A stretch of DNA of 64,000 nt from the IMG/VR virus record IMGVR_UViG_3300032305_002648, one strand, 5' to 3'. Both the position numbers and the translations under genes were made by a program. Shown here piece by piece: positions 37,434-45,242 of the stretch (position 1 is its first letter; each line of letters begins with the position of its first letter). The notes beneath the pieces were generated by a model. The model was not told the DNA's origin. It was given only the letters and a program-made list of their open reading frames with translations, and searched no databases. The DNA comes from an uncultured virus (IMG/VR IMGVR_UViG_3300032305_002648). Its lineage: Duplodnaviria; Heunggongvirae; Uroviricota; Caudoviricetes.

Positions 37434-37982
37434 ATGACTAAATTAGCATACAAGCCGCTCCCTCCGCTGGAGCTGCTTCAAGAACTTTTTGTAATTTCTA
37501 TTGACTCGCCAAGTGGTCTGCGGTGGAAGTCCCCTAGAGCAAATCGCATCAAGGTTAACGACGTTGTAGGAACAAAAAAATTAGGTGGATACTGGCATGT
37601 AAGTATAAAAACAGATAAACCAAGGATATACAGAACGCATAGAATTGTGTACTTTTTGCAAACAAAACAAGACCCAGGTTTATATCAAGTAGATCACGTC
37701 AACGGAACAGGTGACCCATTGGAACTTCGGTTGGCTACACCTGGAGAAAACCTAGCAAACAGTAAAAAAACACAATGTTACGGCGGCAAAAAGTGCAGCA
37801 GCATTTATAAGGGGGTTGGTTGGAATAAAAAAGATTTCAAATGGCATGCAAAAATAATGTTTCAAGGCAAAAAAATTTTTCTTGGTTGCTTTGTTAACGA
37901 GATAGAAGCCGCAAAAGCCTATAACAAAGCTGCCTTAGAATACTTTGGTGAGTTCGCTAGAATTAATCAACTAGAAGAATAA
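37434..37982 (+). CDS. HNH-AP2 homing endonuclease-like protein (copy 3)
   Basis: Close paralogue of 3838..4380. Confidence 0.92.
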   Translation: MTKLAYKPLPPLELLQELFVISIDSPSGLRWKSPRANRIKVNDVVGTKKLGGYWHVSIKTDKPRIYRTHRIVYFLQTKQDPGLYQVDHVNGTGDPLELRLATPGENLANSKKTQCYGGKKCSSIYKGVGWNKKDFKWHAKIMFQGKKIFLGCFVNEIEAAKAYNKAALEYFGEFARINQLEE

Positions 37983-37986
37983 AAAA

Positions 37987-38658
37987 ATGACCAGATTTCT
38001 TGCTACCCTCCCGGAGAATTTTGGATTTTTTAATCTTGGAACTGTTGAAAGCTATCCTGTTGGTGGCTCAGGGCCAACGGCTTATGGCTCTACTGGCATT
38101 TTTGGTTCAACACCATTGCCACCAAGGCCGGGTGATAACTTAAACTCTGCAATTGATATTGGTAGTTTTGATAACGTTTACCGTAGCATTAATATAAAAA
38201 ATACGCATGGCGGCAACAGCCGAATCCAAACCACCTTCTATACATTTACACTAAATCGTTCCAGATCCGTACAATTTGTACAGGATTATAGCGAATTTGC
38301 ATACACATCTAATACAAATCGAAATACTTTACTATCCATTTATGTTGTTGAAGGCGGAAACCATCGCAGGGAGTTGCCAATTAATGATAATGGTTTTGTG
38401 TGCAATCAGGCCAGCCTTAATTATGACGAAGGAGATGACACTCCATTAAGTGATTACAATACTACTCAATTAAATCCAGGTACATATATATTTTTGATCA
38501 CAAACGATATTCGCTACCTGGAAACAACATACAGCATCACAATGCAAACATCAATTACCGATTGGCGGTATGTTACGGAAGGGGTTATCGATCGATTGGA
38601 TTTTGATGCAGTCACCGGGCCGGTCACCGCATCCCTTGATTTTGGTACCGTGAGATAA
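37987..38658 (+). CDS. Putative structural beta-sandwich protein
   Basis: FYTFTL, LNPGTY motifs; TAGAAT upstream. Confidence 0.7.
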   Translation: MTRFLATLPENFGFFNLGTVESYPVGGSGPTAYGSTGIFGSTPLPPRPGDNLNSAIDIGSFDNVYRSINIKNTHGGNSRIQTTFYTFTLNRSRSVQFVQDYSEFAYTSNTNRNTLLSIYVVEGGNHRRELPINDNGFVCNQASLNYDEGDDTPLSDYNTTQLNPGTYIFLITNDIRYLETTYSITMQTSITDWRYVTEGVIDRLDFDAVTGPVTASLDFGTVR

Positions 38659-38697
38659 AACCCTACCTGCTAGGCTGTCATCAGCCGTTCACTTCCC

Positions 38698-38892
38698 ATG
38701 GAACACATTTCCTTGGACCAATTTGAAGAGTATTTTGACGAGATTATTGCTCGCGTAGTTGATGACAAAGTGCATTATCAAATCACTACAGACGAAGGCC
38801 TATCCGTAGTCCTATTACCTATTGAATCGTATGACGTATTAAAAGAAACCTATAACTGCACCTTTGATCTTACCGATGAAAACTTTTGTTAA
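38698..38892 (+). CDS. Phd/YefM-type antitoxin-like protein
   Basis: IS..QF...FDEII.RV......IT...G.SVVLLP.E.YD.LKET. Confidence 0.8.
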   Translation: MEHISLDQFEEYFDEIIARVVDDKVHYQITTDEGLSVVLLPIESYDVLKETYNCTFDLTDENFC

Positions 38893-38895
38893 AAG

Positions 38896-39315
38896 TTACC
38901 CTGTTTTTTGCGAATCTTTAATTTCTTGCGCGGTCTGACCATACACCCAAGATGGGGGCACGTAATCAGGAGTCCCTGCACTGCGCGGGGGACCAGCGGC
39001 AGCACGATCTTTTGCTTTTTGCAACAAATCTGCTGAGACCTGTTTCAGTGAAGCAGAAGCCGCTCGGGGTAAGCTACTGGCGTAAGCTGCTGCAGACCGG
39101 GCTTCAGTCTCCAGTTGGCGCTGGCCAATTTGCTCAGGGGTTCCGCCTATGACATTTGATTCTGCAATAGCGGCTTGCGTTTGATCATACAAACGCTTTC
39201 CGTAATCCGCCAAAGCAATGTAGGCCTCTTTAGGGTTTTTATTTTGATAAACCGTTGGAGGGGGTGGCGGTGGGCTCATCACAATTGTTGGGGGGCTCGG
39301 AGAACTACCACCCAT
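38896..39315 (-). CDS. Hypothetical protein with MGGSS start and polyproline tract
   Basis: MGGSSPSPP...PPPPPP. Confidence 0.75.
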   Translation of the reverse strand: MGGSSPSPPTIVMSPPPPPPTVYQNKNPKEAYIALADYGKRLYDQTQAAIAESNVIGGTPEQIGQRQLETEARSAAAYASSLPRAASASLKQVSADLLQKAKDRAAAGPPRSAGTPDYVPPSWVYGQTAQEIKDSQKTG

Positions 39316-39524
39316 GATGCTTACCTCTTGACATGCACTTCTATGCTGATTCTATCCGAAACAAACCCGTACAAATGTTGAATGCCAATCACACCAGGGG
39401 GGAACAAAACCAAAACCAAAAGAAGTTCGGCCCAAGTCAAAGACTTTTTCATAGCAGCAGTCCGTTTAAGCAGGAGTTTAGCGCACTTTTGGAATCATTG
39501 TCCACCAAGGCGTTGGAATACCTT

Positions 39525-39710
39525 ATGACCAACCAACAAAAAAACATGGCCAAGGCCTTATGGGAGGCTTGCAATTACGGCAATAGACCAAAGCCAGAGA
39601 ATTTCAAGGACATGGAACCATTAAGGGATTACCAAATCTGGGTCCTCACCATAGAGCATGAACAACAATGGGCGGCCAAAGCCCTTTCCAAAACGCAGAA
39701 AAATTGTTAA
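39525..39710 (+). CDS. Hypothetical protein (start uncertain)
   Basis: 3' part of ORF 39333..39710. Confidence 0.55.
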   Translation: MTNQQKNMAKALWEACNYGNRPKPENFKDMEPLRDYQIWVLTIEHEQQWAAKALSKTQKNC

Positions 39711-39735
39711 GCTACTGTCACAAAGCAATTTTTCC

Positions 39736-40362
39736 GTGATTGACCTACTGTCAGATGAAGAGGATTCCCTAGATGGTCTTGATCTTTTGGACGAACCTGA
39801 TCCACAACGGCATCAATATCTTAGTTATAGATTCAATAAGCTGGATATTGACGAGGTTACGGTAGAAAACTATGAGGAGAAACTCGTATCGTCCTTGGCT
39901 CAACAAGTCGAAATGTTTATCCCGCCGTCAGGCAGTTTTGAGGATTTTGATTTACGTCGTTACTTGGAGCTGGTAAAAACTTACGAAACCAGCAGCAATG
40001 ACCTTGTTCTGGGCCTCTCATTGGCAGATCAAATACGAATTACTTTCAGCGATATGAAACCAGCCACCATTTGTGAACGGTTTCCCGATATTGACCTGGC
40101 AACAAAACGCCGTTACAGGTGCGTAGCTGAATATTTACTGCGGCAAAATGAAATCATGAAGTTACGCGATGAAAACGGGAAGCTAATCAAAAAAATTGGA
40201 AACATGCAGAAAATGGTTGTTATCTATCAACCATTGCCAAGAATTCGTGAAACGTTGAAACGTTCTGGTCTGGGGCATTTTGTCAAATTTACGCGAGAGG
40301 AGTTGGAACAGCAACGCGCCCTTGCTATGATGTCGCCAGTTGGGAGCCAAACCCTTGGATAA
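39736..40362 (+). CDS. Hypothetical protein
   Basis: Long ORF, likely GTG start 39736. Confidence 0.75.
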   Translation: MIDLLSDEEDSLDGLDLLDEPDPQRHQYLSYRFNKLDIDEVTVENYEEKLVSSLAQQVEMFIPPSGSFEDFDLRRYLELVKTYETSSNDLVLGLSLADQIRITFSDMKPATICERFPDIDLATKRRYRCVAEYLLRQNEIMKLRDENGKLIKKIGNMQKMVVIYQPLPRIRETLKRSGLGHFVKFTREELEQQRALAMMSPVGSQTLG

Positions 40363-40756
40363 AGACAGGAATCAAAAAGTTTCAAAGCTACTGTTTACTA
40401 CGCTTTCCGAAACAGAGCAAAAGATGGCGGAACTTGTTCTGGAAAGGATTTGTGTGGACATGGCGGAACATTACTTAAAAATGTATTCTAATGAAGGCCC
40501 TGGGGCATTGATTTACATGCCAGAGGCAGAGCAAGAAAACCAAGCATTCTATTTGACGTTGCCGGCATTGCTTCAAGCTCAACATGATTTTAAATCAGAA
40601 GAACAAGAGGGCCCAGCTGAAGTCATGCGCAAGGCCATCGTAGAAGCAGAAGCCCTTGTACCCGGCAAAAGTGCACTATTTATTATTCAAGATTCAAAGC
40701 AAATGCGCTTGATTAACTACAAAATTGAACAAGAAAAGTCCCCGTTGTTTCTTTGA
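40340..40756 (+). CDS. Hypothetical protein
   Basis: Packed operon. Confidence 0.7.
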   Translation: MGAKPLDKDRNQKVSKLLFTTLSETEQKMAELVLERICVDMAEHYLKMYSNEGPGALIYMPEAEQENQAFYLTLPALLQAQHDFKSEEQEGPAEVMRKAIVEAEALVPGKSALFIIQDSKQMRLINYKIEQEKSPLFL

Positions 40757-40759
40757 TAA

Positions 40760-41392
40760 ATGGTACTAAAGCTTCCGCCAAGTTTAAAGTATGCGCGATA
40801 CAAGGCAGCTTCTCACGTTTATTCATTGGATACTGATTGGTTGACACCTGTCGATTATTTACCGTACATCGATGCAGTGCTTGGTGACATTGACTTGGAT
40901 CCTTGCACTACCGAACGAGCCAATAATGAATTTCTCAAGGCCAAGCAAATCTATACACCCAAAGAAGATGGCTTGAATATTGAAGAGCCTTGGTGTGGAG
41001 TTACCTATATGTTTCCACCAACTTACGGGCGTTGCTCTTGGAACAAAATACGAGGCACTTACCGGTGGGGTTTGCATAGCGGTAGCAATTCGTCTTCTCC
41101 AGCAAAAGCGTGGTTCTTACGTTTGGAGCGTGAATGGAAATTGCGTAATGTGCCGGAAGCAATTATGTACGCCACAAACCACGAAACTCTTCGTACTTGC
41201 CAACAAATTTGGGACTATCCTGTATGCATACCAAAAACCCGACCATACTTTATACATGGAAGGACTTTTGAATTTTCTCGAACACCTTTGACTTGGGGTT
41301 ATTTTGTCTACTTACCCCGACTTGAATACGGATTTGATCAGGCCACTCGTTTCAAGGAAGTATTTTCTGAATTGGGGGCCGTAATTTGCTAA
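40760..41392 (+). CDS. Phage Dam-type N6-adenine methyltransferase-like protein with altered catalytic motif
   Basis: W.TP, IDLDPC, DGL...W.G, but FPPTY where NPPY is expected. Confidence 0.8.
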   Translation: MVLKLPPSLKYARYKAASHVYSLDTDWLTPVDYLPYIDAVLGDIDLDPCTTERANNEFLKAKQIYTPKEDGLNIEEPWCGVTYMFPPTYGRCSWNKIRGTYRWGLHSGSNSSSPAKAWFLRLEREWKLRNVPEAIMYATNHETLRTCQQIWDYPVCIPKTRPYFIHGRTFEFSRTPLTWGYFVYLPRLEYGFDQATRFKEVFSELGAVIC

Positions 41393-41667
41393 AAATGTCG
41401 AGCCCGGAAAGGGTTGCGATAACTGGCTTGCGCGTCTGTATTGGTTATATTGCTCGGCATATCACTAACAGCTACGGTGCCCCCCATGGCAGGCATGATG
41501 ACACGACCCTGCTGCTGGCGCTGGTCACCAATGGGATCTTTATCGGCAAGCCGTTTTTGTTGCACGTATTGATTTAAAAATTGCTGCCCAGTTTTATTAT
41601 CCTGCGCTGGTTTCATGCCGCGATAACGGTTGTCAACACCGTATCCTTGACTTCCTTGTGGTTTCAT
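41389..41667 (-). CDS. Low-complexity Gln-rich protein with FLNQY motif
   Basis: GQQFLNQYVQQKR. Confidence 0.7.
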   Translation of the reverse strand: MKPQGSQGYGVDNRYRGMKPAQDNKTGQQFLNQYVQQKRLADKDPIGDQRQQQGRVIMPAMGGTVAVSDMPSNITNTDAQASYRNPFRARHF

Positions 41668-41696
41668 GTAATATATTCTGACAGCACTGAACGCAG

Positions 41697-41996
41697 ATGT
41701 CCACCGAAACCCAGCTTGAAATTGCCAGCGTTTGCGACGAAGTTAAAGAATTATTGCTCAGCAAAAACGAAAAATATGGTGATTCTGCTTTGAATCCTGC
41801 GCGTATCTTTAGCCATGCCTCCGCAGTAGAACAGCTTTTGGTTCGGATTGATGATAAATTAAATCGAATTCAGAAGGGGGCTGGGCTGCTTGGTAATGAT
41901 GAAGATGTCATAATGGATTTAATTGGTTACTTGATCCTTTTGAAAATTGCATTTAAACGTTGGGCCAAAACACTAGATATTGGGCCTAAATCCTGA
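41697..41996 (+). CDS. DUF1599 / nucleotide-modification-associated domain 1 protein
   Basis: KN.KYGDS, RIDDKL.RI, DLIGY. Confidence 0.9.
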   Translation: MSTETQLEIASVCDEVKELLLSKNEKYGDSALNPARIFSHASAVEQLLVRIDDKLNRIQKGAGLLGNDEDVIMDLIGYLILLKIAFKRWAKTLDIGPKS

Positions 41997-42008
41997 ATAC
42001 TAATACAA

Positions 42009-42206
42009 ATGGACTACGACGAGCTTCTTTACCATTTTACCCCTGAGCTTCAGTTGATTGATTTTCTGGATCAATTGACTTCAAAAAATTCCGTGGTGAG
42101 TCCATACCTCCTGGAACAGTATTCCAAATCCGCCAAAATCGACGAAGAACCTCCCCATTCTGATCCCATTCCACCAGCTTCCGCTCCAAATACTCCATCG
42201 CCTTAA
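42009..42206 (+). CDS. Hypothetical protein, largely antisense to lysozyme-like gene
   Basis: ATG 13 nt after upstream stop; acidic. Confidence 0.45.
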   Translation: MDYDELLYHFTPELQLIDFLDQLTSKNSVVSPYLLEQYSKSAKIDEEPPHSDPIPPASAPNTPSP

Positions 42207-42816
42207 TCTGGTTCGGGGTCTGGTTGTAGCATTCTGCTACGTTAAGCAAACACTGTTTTAACTTGCATTTATGCTTATACAGCGTAGGGATTTCTTTGTC
42301 AGGCGCCAAGAACATATTGAGTTCCGCTCGGCGGCGCTGCAGTAAAAATGGAGCTTTGTGGCGATAAATTGGATTGATATAAGGCGACCACTCCCGGATG
42401 ATGTCATTTTTTGAAGCGCGTTTATTGATTAACTCCAGTAAACGGCATTCTTTGAATGAAGGGATGCCAATGCTGTGCGCATAGCTCAAGATAGCCCCCT
42501 TACGCTTATCGTTTAAAGGCATCTGTACGTAATGCTCTACTAATTCAGCAAAAGGCTTCAAATCCTCGACTAATTGTTTAACGCAATCTTCTTTTGTAAC
42601 TCGCAGCCCAGGACCCACACGCCGCCCAAACATCTTAGAACTAGCAAAACCAATACGCCATTCTTTATCAAAACCATCCTTGTATGGACGATACATCTCC
42701 ATACCGACATGGGTTCGCATGCTGGTATAAAAAACTATTAGCTTGATTCCGTATTGATTTAAAAAAGAAGAAACCTGTTCTTCGTTAGGCGACTCTGGCG
42801 CTTCCGCTGTACTCAA
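42037..42816 (-). CDS. GH24 lysozyme-like protein lacking the catalytic Glu
   Basis: GIKLI..Y, Y.D....WRIGF, A.LSY...IG...F....LL..IN, RRRAE..MF. Confidence 0.75.
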   Translation of the reverse strand: MSTAEAPESPNEEQVSSFLNQYGIKLIVFYTSMRTHVGMEMYRPYKDGFDKEWRIGFASSKMFGRRVGPGLRVTKEDCVKQLVEDLKPFAELVEHYVQMPLNDKRKGAILSYAHSIGIPSFKECRLLELINKRASKNDIIREWSPYINPIYRHKAPFLLQRRRAELNMFLAPDKEIPTLYKHKCKLKQCLLNVAECYNQTPNQIKAMEYLERKLVEWDQNGEVLRRFWRIWNTVPGGMDSPRNFLKSIDPENQSTEAQG

Positions 42817-43183
42817 CGCTATACCCCTCGAACGTCAGCATCACAATATACACCTGACCCGCTCCAGAAGTGGTGGCACCTACAACGCCTTTACCCTTGC
42901 CAGTTTTGATAATGTCACCAAAAGATGTGTAGCCAGATGGAACCACCAAAGCGGTGCCATTTTGACGGAACAATTTAATGGATTCCACACCGGTTGAACG
43001 GTCAATCGTAAAGCTGAGAGTACCGTTGGTGGCGCTAGAAGTCAGCCTATAAAAACGTGTCATCAAACCACGATCACCGGCCGGTGGGTTGTGCCCCAAG
43101 TAAGTGACAAGGGTACCGCCATCAAGAGCTTTTACGGAGCCGGTATCAAGTGTGCCTTTGATGGCGTAGTTAGTGGTGGCCAT
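42785..43183 (-). CDS. Putative structural protein
   Basis: Thr/Gly/Ser-rich beta protein. Confidence 0.7.
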   Translation of the reverse strand: MATTNYAIKGTLDTGSVKALDGGTLVTYLGHNPPAGDRGLMTRFYRLTSSATNGTLSFTIDRSTGVESIKLFRQNGTALVVPSGYTSFGDIIKTGKGKGVVGATTSGAGQVYIVMLTFEGYSVEYSGSARVA

Positions 43184-43187
43184 GGGA

Positions 43188-43409
43188 TCAAGAAATTTGG
43201 CTTTCGGTTAGGAATTTGAGGTTGATATCAGCGTCAATGCCATGATCCTTGAGAATACTCAAGAACATTTGGCGATCGATCATCTTTTGATGGAAGAGAT
43301 CAATAAAAGCTTCTTCAAGCTCATCACGGTCAAGATCTCTGGCATACAGGGCTGCGGCATGAATTTGAAACTCCGCATCCATGGGCAGTCCCGAAACTTC
43401 CGAGTTCAT
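43188..43409 (-). CDS. NblA-like protein (phycobilisome degradation)
   Basis: L.M..EF.I......RDL.R.E.....I.LF.Q.M....MF..ILK matches NblA spacing. Confidence 0.65.
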   Translation of the reverse strand: MNSEVSGLPMDAEFQIHAAALYARDLDRDELEEAFIDLFHQKMIDRQMFLSILKDHGIDADINLKFLTESQIS

Positions 43410-43447
43410 TGGCCGTCCAATACTGGATTAATTCTAGCAGCAATTAT

Positions 43448-43603
43448 TTAAACCATGTCGCGGTGCGGTTGAGCCGCCATGCCTCGGATATCCGTTGCAA
43501 ATGAAGGTAGATCTGGGCCATCCTCAAACACACTGGGGGCGAATGCAGGCAGTCGTTCAGTGACGTACTGGTTTAAAAAAGCTTTCCCATCTTGATGATT
43601 CAT
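43448..43603 (-). CDS. Small protein with FLNQY motif (51 aa, not in ORF track)
   Basis: MNHQDGKAFLNQYVTERL. Confidence 0.6.
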   Translation of the reverse strand: MNHQDGKAFLNQYVTERLPAFAPSVFEDGPDLPSFATDIRGMAAQPHRDMV

Positions 43604-43743
43604 GTCGATTAGAACGGTAATTGAAGGTCAGGAAGCTTACCAGGTATGAGCCGGCAAAGACAAGGGCTATCAACAATACAGATGGCATGACTTGCCGATA
43701 CTCATTTAATCCTGTAACATTTTAACCAACAACAACCCACAGA

Positions 43744-44541
43744 ATGGACATTGAATTAGTGCTTCGCCACATGATCGCCAGTGCCTGCTCTGGGGTCAGC
43801 AAAAAACAGATCATACGTTTCCTGGAAGAGCACAATGTAGAAAAAACGGAGATTTCAATGCTGATAAAAGCGGCAAATTTCAAAGAAGAACCGGAAGTCA
43901 TTGATTACGAATATTTATATGATCGCCCAAAACCAACAAAGGCAATTAATCATGCTCCGTTGGGCTCCAAGGTTGCTCTATACGTTCTAGATAATTTCTT
44001 GACAACAGAAGAATGCAAAAAGTTGATAGCTCTTATTGATAGAGAAAAACAACGCTCAACAGTTGCGGATCCAACTGACAGCGGCCTTGTGGGATCTTAT
44101 CGCACCAGTAGTACAGCAAATCTGCACTCCTTCACGGATCCAGTTGTGATTGAGGTAAATGAAAGGCTTGGAAGGCTTCTTGATTTAGATTTTTTCCTTG
44201 GGGAAGCTTTGCAAGGGCAAAAATACAAACCCGGCGAATACTATAAGGAACACAATGATTATTTTCATCCTCGAACAGCGGAGTTCAAAACTTACACGGA
44301 ATGGATGGGGCAACGCACTTGGACAACGATGGTCTATTTAAACGACGTAGAAGAAGGCGGCGAAACTTACTTCAAACGTTTAAATCGTAAATTCAAGCCC
44401 AAAGAGGGCACTGTTGTGTTTTGGAGTAATCTATACCGCAACGGTAAAGTCAACCCTAAGACCCTGCATGAAGCCTTGCCTCCAATAAAAGGAGACAAGT
44501 ACATAATCACCAAATGGTGGAGAAGTTGGCCCCTTATCTAG
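43744..44541 (+). CDS. 2OG-Fe(II) oxygenase, prolyl 4-hydroxylase type
   Basis: NFLT.EEC, RTS, E.LQ...Y..GE.Y..H.D.F, QR..T...YLNDVEEGGET.F, H...P...G.K. Confidence 0.95.
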   Translation: MDIELVLRHMIASACSGVSKKQIIRFLEEHNVEKTEISMLIKAANFKEEPEVIDYEYLYDRPKPTKAINHAPLGSKVALYVLDNFLTTEECKKLIALIDREKQRSTVADPTDSGLVGSYRTSSTANLHSFTDPVVIEVNERLGRLLDLDFFLGEALQGQKYKPGEYYKEHNDYFHPRTAEFKTYTEWMGQRTWTTMVYLNDVEEGGETYFKRLNRKFKPKEGTVVFWSNLYRNGKVNPKTLHEALPPIKGDKYIITKWWRSWPLI

Positions 44542-44882
44542 TTGGCTGCTACTTGAAATTTAACGCTTGCATTGTTTCCACCCGTTTCAGAAAAGAAGTT
44601 TGCACGCAATTGTTTCACAGGAAAACCGCTTACATTGTAAGCATACGTACCGTTTCTTTCTATTGAATTGGAAATCATTGCGCCAAAATTAGTTCCATCT
44701 ACGCTGCCATCTAAACGCACAACTATAGAGGTATCAATATTTGTAACCGTAGCAATTAATGTGTAATTTCGAGTTGACAAGTAATTGACGGTGTAAACGT
44801 CTACGGCATCTGTTACTCCAGGAGTTGTTAACGCAGGGAAATTAAATAATGCGGTTTGCTGATAACTCTCGAAGTAACTCAT
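44538..44882 (-). CDS. Small beta-rich structural protein, paralogue of 44886..45233
   Basis: VVRLDGSVDGTNF...NGT..Y..S.FP. Confidence 0.8.
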   Translation of the reverse strand: MSYFESYQQTALFNFPALTTPGVTDAVDVYTVNYLSTRNYTLIATVTNIDTSIVVRLDGSVDGTNFGAMISNSIERNGTYAYNVSGFPVKQLRANFFSETGGNNASVKFQVAAN

Positions 44883-44885
44883 GAT

Positions 44886-45233
44886 CTATTTTGCGGACAT
44901 GATGAACGCTACGGTAGGCGTCCCAGTGTTAATCGTCACAAGCCTACCCCGGATTGCTCTAAGCGGAAAATTGGAAAAACTATAGCCAGTGGTTCCATTG
45001 CTGGAAATGGTTGTATCAGATGCCGCCAAATTGAAAAAATTTGTACCGTCCAGGCTTCCTTCAAAGCGGACAACAACACTTGTGCCAATAGTAGTCACAT
45101 TGACTTGGAAGCCAAAATTAACGGGGGCAAAGTTGTCTTGATTTACGGCAACACAGGTGGCTGTCACGCCTGTTGCAGTTAACGCTGTGGGAGCAAAGAA
45201 CAGCGTATCAGTGAAAATAGGAGAGGCTGACAT
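44886..45233 (-). CDS. Small beta-rich structural protein, paralogue of 44538..44882
   Basis: VVRFEGSLDGTNF...NGT..Y..S.FP. Confidence 0.8.
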   Translation of the reverse strand: MSASPIFTDTLFFAPTALTATGVTATCVAVNQDNFAPVNFGFQVNVTTIGTSVVVRFEGSLDGTNFFNLAASDTTISSNGTTGYSFSNFPLRAIRGRLVTINTGTPTVAFIMSAK

Positions 45234-45242
45234 GGTGGATTG

